A DNA stretch of 44,197 nucleotides from Tubiluchus corallicola (GCA_030141605.1 JAQGDQ010001368.1:1-44197); one strand, 5' to 3'. Positions 1 through 12,734 are shown, numbered from the stretch's first letter. Numbers and translations are program-made. The notes: generated from the sequence alone by a model not told the origin.

Positions 1-929
1 AATGATGCAGGCAGCCAGCAAGGCGAGGCAAACTTCTATCTTTAAACAAGGATAATGATGCAGTAAGCCAGCAAAGCGACACAAACTTCCATCTTTGAAC
101 AAGGATAATGGTGCAGTAAGCCAGCAAGGCGACACAAACTTCCATCTTTAAACAAGGATAATGATGTAGGCAGTCAGCAAAGCGAGGCAAACTTCCATCT
201 TTAAACAAGGATAATGATGCAGTAAGCCAGCAAAGCGAGGCAAACTTCCATCTCTAAACAAGGATAATGATGCAGTAAGCCAGCAAAGCGACACAAACTT
301 CCATCTTTAAACAAGGATAATGATGCAGTAAGCCAGCAAAGCGAGGCAAACTTCCATCTTTAAACAAGGATAATGATGCAGGCAGCCAGCAAAGCGAGGC
401 AAACTTCCATCTTTAAACAAGGATAATGATGCAGGCAGTCAGCAAAGCGAGGCAAACTTCCATCTTTGAACAAGGATAATGATGCAGGCAGTCAGCAAAG
501 CGAGGCAAACTTCCATCTTTGAACAAGGATAATGATGCAGGCAGCCAGCAAAGCGAGGCAAACTTCCATCTTTGAACAAGGATAATGATGCAGGCAGTCA
601 GCAAGGCGACACAAACTTCCATCTTTAAACAAGGATAATGATGCAGGCAGCCAGCAAAGCGAGGCAAACTTCCATCTTTGAACAAGGATAATGATGCAGG
701 CAGCCAGCAAAGCGAGGCAAACTTCCATCTTTGAACAAGGATAATGATGCAGGCAGCCAGCAAAGCGAGGCAAACTTCCATCTTTAAACAAGGATAATGA
801 TGCAGGCAGTCAGCAAGGCGAGACAAACTTCCATCTTTAAACAAGGATAATGATGCAGGCAGCCAGCAAAGCGAGGCAAACTTCCATCTTTGAACAAGGA
901 TAATGATGCAGGCAGTCAGCAAGGCGAGA
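1..929. repeat. 53-bp minisatellite, ~17 copies, runs off the window start
   Basis: Unit AATGATGCAGGCAGCCAGCAAAGCGAGGCAAACTTCCATCTTTAAACAAGGAT repeated head-to-tail with few substitutions. Confidence 0.97.
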
Positions 930-1023
930 AAGCAAACAGCCTGTATCCACCCACCTGTCCACCTGGCTTCGACATAATTATAACTGACCGTGATGTAACT
1001 CTTATATATATATACTCTTATAT

Positions 1024-1101
1024 CAGGGGCGTGCAAATTGCGGCCCGCGGGCCACTTGCGGCCCGCGAAAAGATTTGCCAACCTAATGAAAGTGCGGCCC
1101 G
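1024..1101 (+). mobile_element. hAT-Charlie-like transposon end fragment
   Basis: CAGGGGCGTGCAAATTGCGGCCCGCGGGCCACTTGCGGCCCG: CAGGGG terminus plus reiterated GCGGCCCG subterminal motifs typical of Charlie-type MITEs; the other end was not found. Confidence 0.55.
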
Positions 1102-1576
1102 GGCGATTAATTGAGTGTATCCAGCTGAAGTCCGCGCCACGATCCCAAAGATAGTGCGGGTAGTTTTTTTCTACTAGATCGGATGCCCTTACAAGACGGT
1201 TGTAGCTTAATGTCACTGTACTACACAGACTGTGTGATACACATTACTAATATGCATTGTAACGAAATTACCACTATCTGTCCTGAAAGTAGAAATATAT
1301 GGTTTGTAATATAAATTTTAATAACTTCTAAAATAGGTTCTTGAGTGTAGTAGTAATGATGTACGCAGGTCGGATGCAAAAAAAATCGTTATTAGGCCAT
1401 ACCAAAAGTAAGTTACACATAAAAAGTAATGCAGTAATAGCTGCTGGAGTCCATGCTACGCGCATGCGCATACGTTTTGGCATCCATTGGTGACAGAAAC
1501 CTGATTATTGACAGTTACTTGGGACCCACATTGTAATGCCACCTGTAGTAATCATACTTAGCTGTGAAGTCCTTAA

Positions 1577-2249
1577 AGCACAAGAAAACCCTCCACTTAC
1601 ACAAAGTCGAAAAGATTCGTCTCGAAATTTTATACCACTTACATACTGCCTTTTCGTATGCAGGACTTCAATCGGCAGTAACGCTGTATAAAACATGTAA
1701 ATTTAAACTCCCGCGATGACTGTTAGGCGCAGCCATTTTAATGGTAGGTCGTTTGAAACAAGTTTTGATAACATTAAGTAAAGTTTGAAGAAATAATCAG
1801 AGCATTCGTAGCAGTACATGTTGATAATTAAGTAAAATTTTAAATTATTGCATCTTCTCAATAAGATTAAAAAATACTTTTTTCGGCTAGTGAGTGGCGC
1901 ACCCTGGAGGGTGAGTCAGCGACATTTTATCAACTGGCACGAAGAATTTAAATTATTAGTCTAGTTACATAAGTGTTTCCAGCAGGTACGCGATAAGAAA
2001 AGTAATATAGATCTGCACGGAAAGTTTATTGGGTCATAATTTAACATTTCCTTTCTTCCCCTGATTTACGTGGCGTAGTGACGTCACGTAATGGCGCCGT
2101 CGAAACAGTGTTGTGGGAGATTTAAAATGAAAACAAACAAAAATTCCTTTCAGCGCGAATACGATATGTGCATAAAATTGCTGTAAAATAGTATAATTTT
2201 TTAAGGCGATTTTTCTGAAGCCTACTTCAGGTGCCCATTTTCTTGTCCT
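1577..2249 (+). mobile_element. Kolobok-like non-autonomous DNA transposon, family A copy 1
   Basis: TTAA|AGCACAAGAAAA ... TTTTCTTGTCCT|TCAA termini; body closely similar to 28200-28877. Confidence 0.75.
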
Positions 2250-2590
2250 TCAATACAAGTACCACAAACTTTCTTATAAAACATTTTAACAAGGAATTAT
2301 AATACTTAAGGTCCATAATAACAGAATTCGTTCATTTTACACTATTAGGAAAGTATTAAAAATGACAAACTTTTCTATACGCACGCTTTACTTACAAATA
2401 TATAACAACAAGGACTTTTGCTAAAATTTACGATAAAACCAGGATAAATGTTACCTGAGTTATACATATATGTATATAGGTATGTATATATGATCTAAGA
2501 TTTATACTGTACTACGCATTTAACCCTTTTTCATCCCTTTACAAGCTGATAAGATAAAACCGTCTCTCTCAAAATTAACTAGAGCTTTAA

Positions 2591-2788
2591 TTACTTACTT
2601 ACTTACTTACTCACTCACTCACTCACTCACTCACTCACTCACTCACTCACTCACTCACTCACTCACTCACTCACTCACTCTCTCACTCACTCACTCACTC
2701 ACTCACTCACTCACTCACTCACTCACTCATTCACTCACTCACTCACTCACTCACTCACTCACTCACTCACTCACTCACTCACTCACTT
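2591..2788. repeat. (TACT/CACT)n microsatellite
   Basis: Direct inspection. Confidence 0.98.
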
Positions 2789-2888
2789 ATTTACATTGTC
2801 AGACTCTAAGGCTGACCAATCGTCTATTGATGTCAGCTCGTCTTTGGTGTTTGGAAAAAGTGAGAATTCTAAGCAAGTAGTTTTCGTT

Positions 2889-2958
2889 CGCGCCTTGGCA
2901 AGCTAAGTGGATGTAAGCATTCGGGTCCGGGTTCAATTCCAGGATATGAGTCTTTTTT
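2889..2958 (+). pseudogene. tRNA-derived fragment or SINE head
   Basis: A-box-like TGGCAAGCTAAGTGG, B-box GGTTCAATTCC (2930-2940), then T6; no complete cloverleaf. Confidence 0.45.
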
Positions 2959-3126
2959 ACGCTAATAACTACAGAATTTAACTTAAGGCAGCAATGGCAA
3001 AATTCCTCGCTAATTGATTTTTATAACCGTTACATTCTTTGGATTTAAAAATTGCCATTATTACCACGACGTGTTCCACTATTTCAGGCAGGTTTTAAGA
3101 GAATTCTGTCGTTAGCTGTTTGTATG

Positions 3127-3241
3127 CAGGGCCTATTTCAAGGGGGGCGGGGAAGTGGGGATACTTCCCCGGGGCCTCACCCTCCAGGGGGGGGGGCCTC
3201 GTGCCAAGGTAACATTTTTTTGCTTTATGCGAACATACTGC

Positions 3242-3293
<52 letters not shown>

Positions 3294-3535
3294 CACGCAC
3301 GCCGTTTGCCAGTATTGACAAGTATTAAGGACTGGTCTTGAGAATAAAGCAGTTTTTCTTTCAATTGTTCTTTCCTTTAACAACTGTATAACTCCATATT
3401 TTCTCTTCGAAAATGCTTCTCCAGCGTTCTAGCAGTTCAAAAATTTTCTCGGCGCCAACCATGGTAGCGCCCCCCCCCCATGGGGCCTCACACGCCCTAC
3501 TTCCCCGTGCCTCGTCTAGCCTGAAATAGGCCCTG
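3127..3535 (+). mobile_element. hAT-like MITE with internal (CT)n, family B copy 1
   Basis: TIR CAGGGCCTATTTCA / TGAAATAGGCCCTG; degenerate 8-bp TSD TTTGTATG/TTTGTTTT; second copy at 12607-13078. Confidence 0.8.
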
Positions 3536-4179
3536 TTTGTTTTTGTCAGATAACAGCCACCGCATTATTGCAAAAGATGCTAATGTTCTTTCTAAAGACG
3601 TGAGCTAAAGCGATGAACTTTCGCAGGCTACGTTCATTAAAACTGTTTTGTGTTGATTTCGGTTTCGGTTTGGACATGTTTATGATACCCAATGTACATT
3701 TAATAAAAAGAAATTTATGAAAGACATCAATGATAAACTTGAATCTCGGTATAGACAGTTTGTAGGTCATCAAATTAATAAGAACAAAAAGATCTCGTTA
3801 CAAACTGTGAAAAAGCACAACTGAAAACTATTAGACTCCTTAACCTTTCTTTAACCAGCAACTAAAGACTTTCAGTTCTGTTAGCTTAGTGAGCTCTTCT
3901 AGAGGCATTTCAGTCTTGCTGTGAAGTTTAGAAAAACTAATTTTAATGAAATGAACTTCGCTTCAAATGCTAAATAGTTCAATGTCAACGTCAGAATCTA
4001 GTCCTCACCATGATAAGTGAAAACATAAAACTTTAATCATGGAAACAACAACCCTATCCTTTCAGAAACACATTTTACTAGTGCTGCCACACAGTGAATA
4101 ACACAGTAACTTCATCCTTTCAGAAAGCTTGCTTGCTTGCTTGCTTGCAGGAAATGAACCGTGCTGTACCGAACGAAAA

Positions 4180-4620
4180 TAACAATAAATTTAGACGGTG
4201 TAAACTTTTTAAAAAATTCTTATAAGATGGAAAATTATTTGTTGAATGGTATTCCAAAACATGTCAAAACTGATTTATCGAGATTTCGTATTAGTGCTCA
4301 TAAATTAGCAATTGAAATTTGTAGATATCACAAGCCGAAAGAGATACTTGTAGAACAACGAATATGTAAAAATCGTTGTTTGAATAAAGTAGAAGATGAA
4401 TTGTACGTAATTACTGAATGTCCACTGTAGTGTCCAATGTCCACTGTACGCTCATGTAAGAGAGGAATGTTTTGGTTTCCTTTCTGATTTCTGTCCTTAC
4501 TTTCATTATATGACTTCCAATGAGCAGTTCGTGTTTTTCAATGCATCACAAGACGTAGAAATTGTTAAAATTAATGCCAGATTGGTCCACAAAATATTTG
4601 AAGACAGGCCCGATTGAGAT
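4180..4620 (+). mobile_element. LINE ORF2 C-terminal remnant (RTEX/Tx1-like zinc-knuckle region)
   Basis: Peptide LSRFRISAHKLAIEICRY...RICK..C..KVEDE..VITECPL matches the post-RT CCHC region of non-LTR retrotransposons; truncated and decayed. Confidence 0.8.
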
Positions 4621-4956
4621 AACTCAGCCTAACTGACTGATTGACTGACTAACTGTAACATATCTAATATGAACTTTTTGATATATATCCTAGGCGACAA
4701 GCTAGATTACTTATCACGGAAATCCGAATTTTTGTCCTTTTTTAAGTCGTTCACCTCCGTTCTTGAAAAAGTAAAAAAATCGAATCGATATAGGCTAATA
4801 TTAAACATGTTTGTATACTGTTGTTACTGATTTGCATACTGATTGTTAATAAACGAAACTTAGTGTGGATTTTACTGGTATTTGAGGAGAATTTATACGC
4901 ATGAGTACATGTTCCTATGTAGCAAGTTTGCAATTCTTGTATATCACGAGCAGGTG

Positions 4957-5285
4957 CTTATACACAATGACGGCGTTGAAAATACCGGTTGTTCAAATCA
5001 GGTTGATGACACAGGTTCTCGTCTGATCACCGAAGTTAAGCAACGAAGAGGCGGTTAGTACTTGGATGGGTGACCGACAATGAATACCAGGTGCTGGAGG
5101 TTCAAATCAGGTTGATGACAAGGGTTCTCGTCTGATCACCGAAGTTAAGCAACGAAGAGGCGGTTAGTACTTGGATGGGTGACCGACAATGAATACCAGG
5201 TGCTGGAGGTGCTGGAGTAAGTAAGTAAGTAAGTAAGTAGGTAAGTAAGAAGGTAAGTAAGTAGGTAAGTAAGTAGGTAAGTAAG
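4957..5285 (+). pseudogene. 5S rRNA-derived tandem dimer (109-bp unit) with (GTAA)n tail; SINE3-like or 5S pseudogene
   Basis: GGTTCTCGTCTGATCACCGAAGTTAAGCAACG...GGTTAGTACTTGGATGGGTGACCG...GAATACCAGGTGCTG is 5S rRNA sequence; units at 4991-5099 and 5100-5208; degenerate 5S 5' end at 4957-4990. Confidence 0.88.
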
Positions 5286-5313
5286 ATCATAGCTCACGTA
5301 CATGTGTATTTAA

Positions 5314-5762
5314 CCCTTTCATACCCGTTTTATCCCGTGGGATACGAGAATATTTTCTGCCTTTAAAATTAATAAAATTTTAAAACGGACAGTTATTTGA
5401 TCTGTTAATAGTTGTTTTGATTTAAGCCAATAACAACAGACTAAAATGGTGATAAAATGGCAAACTAGAAAATCTACATAGCATAAAAAACTGTGCAAGG
5501 TACAGTACTTTACAGACGACTTTGTACAGATCAGCTTAGTATGCATACTAAATGTCTTAAATACTTTAAAAAATTATCAGCAGTTGCAAAATGAAGCACA
5601 TTTTATGCTTCCATTGGTATCCCGTGGGATACAGGCTATATTTAGCACACGGGCACGGGTAGAAAAAAATAATTATTATGTGTAAACAAGATGGACATAC
5701 TGAACAAAAGTACTAAGCCAGAAACTTTTTTCTTATTAAAAAATAATTTGGGACTGAAAGGG
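5314..5762 (+). mobile_element. piggyBac-like MITE, family C copy 1
   Basis: TTAA|CCCTTTCA ... TGAAAGGG|TTAA; four near-identical copies in the window. Confidence 0.9.
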
Positions 5763-6286
5763 TTAAAGATGTTCTTCATTGTTACGTACCTTTAGCATTC
5801 CATGCTGCTACTTGATTTATGGCATTTGTATTGCTATTCTGTATGCTGTCAAATGTAATTCTCGTTGAAGTGGTATAAAACTAACGAATGTGATATTTTA
5901 GATTGACAGAGATATTTTATTTTTGAAAATCAAATTTTTATGCGAAAATTACAAAATCTGTGTGTGCCCGATGGTTTTACCAGCGGGCAGAACTCAGGTA
6001 ATGATTTTCAGGTTATACTAACCATTTCATCCAACATGTATGCTGCCCAAGGTATATTCACAGTTACAAAAAGTTATATAACAATGTTTTATATGTTCTA
6101 CAATATTATATATATACAATGTTACACAGTTATGGCAAAATCTATGCATACAATCATTTAAATATAATAATGTTAGGTCTATCCCCCCTAACTGCAGAGT
6201 GATCTACAGTAATGATAACTAAGTATAAACGAAGTCATAGCGTTAGCCGGAGTTGTAATTATAAGTAACAGTGACAGCAATATGCC

Positions 6287-6793
6287 CAGGCTGCATAAGA
6301 TTATGGATATCCATAAAATAAGACCAAAAATCCATAAAATAAAATTTGAAAAATCCATAAAATAAGAAATGCATAAAATAAAAAAATATTTTTTTTGTGA
6401 TTTTTTGTACAAAATAAGGCGGTCAAAACTGAATACAGGCATTGGATCGGAAACTTCAGCCTAGAGGGCATTCTACATTCGTACCAAATAGATGAATTAT
6501 TTGAACTGAAGTGATGAATTACAAGGCATTGTCTCGTGAAATTTGATTAAATTTGAAGTGATATGAAACTGATAAAATTAAAACGAAACCGATAAAATTA
6601 AAACTAAGTCCTCCGTGTTTAAAAACACGTTTCAAGCCTCCTGTTTTTACTTTTTAATTGATTTCCCCCTGGGCATCTCGTTCCAGATATAGTCTATTTC
6701 TTATTTTATTGATATCCATAAAATAAAATTCAAAAATCCATCAAATAAGCTATTTTATTTATTTTATACATATCAATAATCTTATGCACCCTG
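6287..6793. mobile_element. hAT-like MITE
   Basis: TIR CAGGCTGCATAAGATTAT / ATAATCTTATGCACCCTG (17/18 match); perfect 8-bp TSD AATATGCC (6279-6286, 6794-6801); subterminal CCATAAAATAA repeats. Confidence 0.9.
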
Positions 6794-7407
6794 AATATGC
6801 CAGCTGGCTCGTCAAATTTGAACATGGTTGCCGTTTGAGGTTTTGATCAGTTTAAGGGAAAAAATTCACCTTTGCTTGATGTTTTCTACGTATTTTGTTT
6901 ATTAATAAAAATAGAAAAACAAAGTGACAAATTTAATACATTTCGTAATTATAACAAAAAACTTAATCTTAGCAGAAAACGCAAATTTCTTCTCGTTCTC
7001 CATGTTCATCCGCCTAAGTAGAAAATATATTCATCCGCCTAAGTAGAAAATAATCCCTCCTAAGCACATTAATTAGTTACAAAATGTTCCAAACTACTAA
7101 TTATTAGGAAACTCACAATTTAACGTTTACCTATTTTTGAGAAAAAACACCATAAAATGAAATTGCAGTGCTTTTAAACAAATTTAACAAATTTAAAGTC
7201 TCTTGCGCAAGTACATTTCAAGTCGTGTGAAAATTTCTAGCACTTTACATTACTTAGAAGGGGTGGGTAGCAAAATATCAGATAGTTACCACATCAATAA
7301 TGATTATCAACTGCAGCGGTGACATAACATCGCTCTCAACGCACCTAAAGTGCTGAAGTTGATGTCGTTTTACCTTATAATACTCTGTATCAGTAACGAG
7401 ATTAAAC

Positions 7408-7961
<554 letters not shown>

Positions 7962-7967
7962 TAGTAG

Positions 7968-8043
7968 ACTGTTGTGGTGCGAATCCTAAATCATGTTGTA
8001 CAAACTGTCTGATCCAATCCTAAATAAATTATGTTTAAGCTAA
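7968..8043 (+). mobile_element. Extreme 3' end of a CR1-like LINE
   Basis: Nearly identical to 18988-19062, the 3' terminus of the CR1-like remnant. Confidence 0.7.
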
Positions 8044-8595
8044 GTCAGCAGTTTTTCAGTTTTTATGCGTAACGTTATTACGATGTTTGTAGAACATGGC
8101 TTGTGTTTCAATCAAACGCTTGTAAAGCAATTAATAACATGTAAAACATTTTTAAGTTGTTTTTATTTGTTTATCCATACAGCGTTATGAATAGAATTAC
8201 AATTTCATTATTCTATTCATAAACTTGACATGCGCATGCGCAGAAGTGCCATGAGTGTAGCTGACATTAGCTTCAGTTACGCCCAACATCCTACATACGA
8301 CTTAGCTACAGCAGGTGAAAAGAATAAACAACAAAAACTAATAGGTGAATTAACAAAATAATGTTGATGATGACGACAATGATGGCGATATTAACAATGA
8401 CAGCTAAATGATGGTTATAATGGTGACGATCATGATATATCAATAAGAATAATGATAATTGATTCTAAAGATGATATTGAAGCACCAAGATCGATCGATG
8501 ACCTAAACAAATTGAACAAATTTTTGAACTGGCACGAAAATCAGTGTTAAAATAACGAACGATTCAGTGAGAATTGAGTGATCAGTCGCAATATA

Positions 8596-8872
8596 CAGTC
8601 TAACCTCGTTATCTCGCCACTGTCCGTCTAGAGCAAATTTTTGGCGAGAGGCGAGTATGGCGAGATAACGGGAATACAACGAAGTTTCACCTCTGAGTTT
8701 GTCTGTTTGGCGACATAACGGATATAGTTTACATAAGCACTCGTCCTAGCATGACGTAGCGAGGGTGGCGACTTAACGAGGTAAATATCAAAGCAGGAAA
8801 TCCGCCCTGGCATTTTCTATGGCGAGAGACGAGTTTGGCGGCATAACGAGGGGCGAGAACGAGGCTAGACTG
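8596..8872. mobile_element. Tc1/mariner-pogo-type MITE
   Basis: TA|CAGTCTAACCTCGTTATCTCGCC ... GGCGAGAACGAGGCTAGACTG|TA. Confidence 0.85.
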
Positions 8873-9204
8873 TAGATCAATTAGACTGATAAGAGTCAAT
8901 GATTGATTTTTTGCCTGCGTTAAATATACTTTAATTATTCTGATCTAGCATTTTGAATTTTTGTATGTTTAGGTCTCTCCATAATAATTTCTATACGTAA
9001 CTTATTCCATGGTTGACTGTAACAGTTTTAACAACAAATTTAAGAAAAAAACCGAATTTAAAATGACACATATATTATTATTATTTCATATTATATGTGC
9101 TTCATTGCTTTGTTAATACGTGTAAAATGTATACGTGTATTAAAAACATACAAAACTTTTACTTTTAAAAGTACTCTTCAATAATTAGCTGAATATCATG
9201 TTTC

Positions 9205-9339
9205 CATAAAGAGTCGTACCATACGCATAAAGAGTCGTACCATACGCATAAAGAGTCGTACCATACGCATAAAGAGTCGTACCATACGCATAAAGAGTCG
9301 TACCATACGCATAAAGAGTCGTACCATACGCATAAAGAG
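9205..9339. repeat. 21-bp minisatellite, ~6 perfect copies
   Basis: Unit CATAAAGAGTCGTACCATACG. Confidence 0.97.
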
Positions 9340-9394
9340 GCTGACCCATGTGCTCTGCAGACTGCTGTCCTGCGAACTGTGTTTGTTGTTGAAC

Positions 9395-9856
9395 TTACAT
9401 TCCTCGTGTAGGCAAAACTCCACTCTGTTGGCCAGGTACATGATGTACAACTCCTGGAATACTCCCTGTTCCACAGCAAACTGCCTTGCAGCAAATGCAC
9501 GCAGACAAAATAGAGGACAGCATTTCTATAGACGCTAATGCTATTTGGATCGAAGAAGCAACAATACCTAATCTCCTGACTAAGATGGAAGATTCCCAGC
9601 CAGGATAGTAATCATTAGCTAAGTATACACTAGCTGAAATTAAAAGAGCGCCTGCAAATACGGCAGCAAGAATACTTAACACCATGAAAGAAATGATCAA
9701 GCATTTCTGTTTTTGGCTCTTCCCAGCTGCAGCAACACCTAAGCCTCCGGCAATAATGAAGAAAATTCCGCACCAAATGCCAGCACCAGTGCCGAAGGAA
9801 GTTATTTCTCCTATTATTGTTATATTCAAGATAAGTGCACCTGAGCCACACGCAAC
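9395..9856 (-). CDS. MS4A/CD20-like four-transmembrane protein, coding exon 2
   Basis: Acceptor TTTCTGTTTTTGTAG|GTTGCG, phase 0; peptide VACGSGALIL...GAGIWCGIFFIIAGGLGVAA...KCLIISFMVLSILAA...IALASIEMLSSILSACICCKAVCC is the CD20-family signature (G-x-W-x-G, Cys-rich after TM4); the 3' boundary may be a stop or a splice donor. Confidence 0.9.
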   Translation of the reverse strand, partial: VACGSGALILNITIIGEITSFGTGAGIWCGIFFIIAGGLGVAAAGKSQKQKCLIISFMVLSILAAVFAGALLISASVYLANDYYPGWESSILVRRLGIVASSIQIALASIEMLSSILSACICCKAVCCGTGSIPGVVHHVPGQQSGVLPTRGM

Positions 9857-9956
9857 CTACAAAAACAGAAACTAACTTTACTTCACTAACTGGATTTCAT
9901 ACGCGAAACTTGTGACACAGCTGACGATTCCTAGCATTTTACTTCTTTGCTAGTTG

Positions 9957-10781
9957 TAGGGATGGGAATCGATAATCTTTCTATCTATGAAAAATCGATC
10001 GTTTTATCGATTTTCAAATCGATACAAAGCAAAATTGATTTTTTTTGTCTATTATGGAAATGATAAAATAAATGATTATCACCACAGAACATCGATACAA
10101 TTAGAGCATTTATATCGAAATGATAAAATAAATGATTATCACCACAGAACATTGATACAATTAGAGCATTTATATCGAAATGATAAAATAAATGATTATC
10201 ACCACAGAACATCGATATAATTAGAGCATTTATATCAAAATGATAAAATAAATGATTAATGATTATCACTACAGAACATTGATACAATCAGAGCATTTAT
10301 ATTGAAATGATAAAATAAATGATTATCACTACAGAACATTGATACAATCAGAGCATTTATATTGAAATGATAACATAAATGATTATCACTACAGAACATT
10401 GATATAATTAGAGCATTTATATTGAAATGATAACATAAATGATTATCACTACAGAACATTGATATAATTAGAGCATCTATATCAAAATGAAAAAAATAAA
10501 TGATTATCACCACAGAACATCGATACAATTAGAGCATCTATGTCCAAATCGATGTGTCATTTCAGCGATAATTGTGTGCTCTAGCAATGATAAACATATT
10601 GAGAACAATTATTTATATTATCATGAAATGATGCTTCGTGGTTTGCACTGTGTAGTACAGTGTGTACAAAGCTTGTAAAACAATTTTGTAAAATAATTAT
10701 CGAAATTGAAATCATATCGCAATTTTTTGTAATGTGCTTATCGAAATCGTAGCGTAAGTTTTGCATCGATTCCCATCACGA
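9957..10781. mobile_element. hAT (Ac-like TAGGGATG end) MITE containing a 60-bp array
   Basis: TAGGGATGGGAATCGAT ... ATCGATTCCCATCACGA; flanks TGCTAGTTG / TGCTAGTG are a near-TSD. Confidence 0.7.
10057..10541. repeat. 60-bp minisatellite, ~8 copies
   Basis: Unit AAATGATAAAATAAATGATTATCACCACAGAACATCGATACAATTAGAGCATTTATATCG. Confidence 0.95.
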
Positions 10782-10915
10782 TGCTAGTGAAATATTGTGC
10801 AAACTTGTATGGGAACATATGGGAAGATTTCAGCTAGCTGCAATAACTAGCTCTTAATTAAATTTCCAATTTAATATTGATTACTAAGAATCATTTTGGT
10901 AAATAAACCTATTAT

Positions 10916-11346
10916 CCCTTTCATACCCGTTGTATCCCGTGGGATACGAGAATGTTTTCTGCCTTTAAAATTAATAAAATTTTAAAACTGACAGTTATTT
11001 GATCTGTTAATAGTTATTTTGATATCAGCCAACAACAATAGACTAAAATGGTGATAAAACGGAAAACTAGAAAATCTACATAGCTTAAAAACCTGCGCAA
11101 GGAACAGTAGTTTAGAGACGACTTTGTACAGATGAGCATAGCGTGCATACTAAATGTCTTAAATAATTTAAAAAAATATCAGCAGTTGCAAAATGAAGCA
11201 CATTTTATGCTTCCATTGAATCTCAATGTATCCCGTGGGATACAGCTAGAAAATATTATTATGTGTAAAAAAGATGGACATACTGAACAAAATTACCAAG
11301 CCAAAAAAATGTTTCTTATTAAAAATGTAATTTGGGACTGAAAGGG
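10916..11346 (+). mobile_element. piggyBac-like MITE, family C copy 2 (TTAT target site)
   Basis: TTAT|CCCTTTCA ... TGAAAGGG|TTAT; body homologous to 5314-5762. Confidence 0.88.
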
Positions 11347-11433
11347 TTATTTATTACCAGGTTAATAAAATGCATATTTCAGCCCAAAGGTTAAAAAGAG
11401 CTTAAAAACAACTTTTAAATTAATTTCAAGTCT

Positions 11434-11815
11434 ACTAGCAGATGCTCAAGCATGAAAAACATGAACAAGTCTTGCATAAACCAGGTCTAATGCATCTACA
11501 AGACGGAGTCAGCTAGCACATGCTCAAGCATGAAAAACATAAACAAGTCTTGCATAAACCAGGTCTGATGCATCTACAAGACGGAGTCAGCTAGCACATG
11601 CTCAAGCATGAAAAACATAAACAAGTCTTGCATAAACCAGCTCTGATTCATGTACAAGACAGAGTCAGCTAGCACATGCTCAAGCATGAAAAACATAAAC
11701 AAGTCTTGCATGAACCAGGTCTGATGCATCTACAAGACGGAGTCAGCTAGCACATGCTCAAGCATGAAAAACATAAACAAGTCTTGCATGAACCAGGTCT
11801 GATGCATCTACAAGA
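11434..11815. repeat. 78-bp minisatellite, ~5 copies
   Basis: AGCTAGCACATGCTCAAGCATGAAAAAC... recurs at 11511, 11589, 11667, 11745. Confidence 0.95.
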
Positions 11816-12025
11816 AGAAGCAGTGCCACCAATTACTAGATATCAATTTTCCATTCCAGATTTCTTTACTGCTGAAGTTACATTTTATTTTTACAAATCA
11901 ACTAATTGATCTTGCATGAAATATTGCAGTAACATCTTGGCTAGCACTTCAGATTTTTTCATAACGAACCTCATTTGATGTCAATTCTGCAGCTTCCACA
12001 CATCAAAGGTCAGTTGCTACATTAA

Positions 12026-12470
12026 CCCTTTCAGTCCCAAATTAATTTTTTAATAAGAAAAAATTTTTGGCTTGGTACTTTTGTTCATATGTCAATCTTG
12101 TTTACACATAATAACTATTTTTTCTACCTAAATATAGCCTGTATCCCACTGGATACATTGGGATTCAACGGAAGCATAAAATGTGCTTCATTTTACAACT
12201 GCTGATAATCTTTTAAAGTATTTAAGACATTTAGTATGCATGCTATGCTGATCTGTACAAAGTCGTCTCTAAAGTACTGTACCTTGCGCAGTTTTTTATG
12301 CTATGTAGATTTTCTAGTTTGCCATTTTATCACCATTTTTAGTCTATTGTTATTGGCTTTAAATCAAAATAACTATTAACAGATCAAATAACTGTCAGTT
12401 TTAAAATTTTATTAATTTTAAAAGCAGAAAATATTCTCGTATCCCATGGGATACAACGGGCATGAAAGGG
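12026..12470 (-). mobile_element. piggyBac-like MITE, family C copy 3 (inverted)
   Basis: TTAA flanks on both sides; reverse complement of 5314-5762. Confidence 0.9.
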
Positions 12471-12606
12471 TTAAATCTACTTCTACAAATGACGCCCTTA
12501 GGATCTATCGTCATTGGTTCCCAAAGACCCACTAATTTGTTCATAAAGGCCCACTTCATTTTTCCTGACACTTCGCCAAGTTTACAGATTTGTGAAATAT
12601 ACAGAA

Positions 12607-12655
12607 GCGAACATACTGCCTTCTCTCTCTCTGTCTCTCTCTCTCTATCCCTCTG

Positions 12656-12698
<43 letters not shown>

Positions 12699-12734
12699 GT
12701 GTGTCTCTCTCTCTCTGTCTCTCTCTCTCTATCC

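Noticed and set aside
1-929. Possible CRISPR-like array (also considered for 23577-24101 and 37667-37931)
   Set aside because: Units are contiguous with no unique spacers, no cas genes, eukaryotic context
413-1216. 267-aa Cys/Leu-rich ORF and overlapping ORFs
   Set aside because: Translation of the 53-bp minisatellite; the period is not a multiple of 3, so peptides cycle through frames
4991-5208. Functional 5S rRNA genes
   Set aside because: 5' end replaced, terminal stem disrupted, no oligo-T terminator
9165-9500. ORFs with SLCVWYD / MVRLFMR repeats overlapping the MS4A exon
   Set aside because: Alternative frames running through the 21-bp array; no independent coding support
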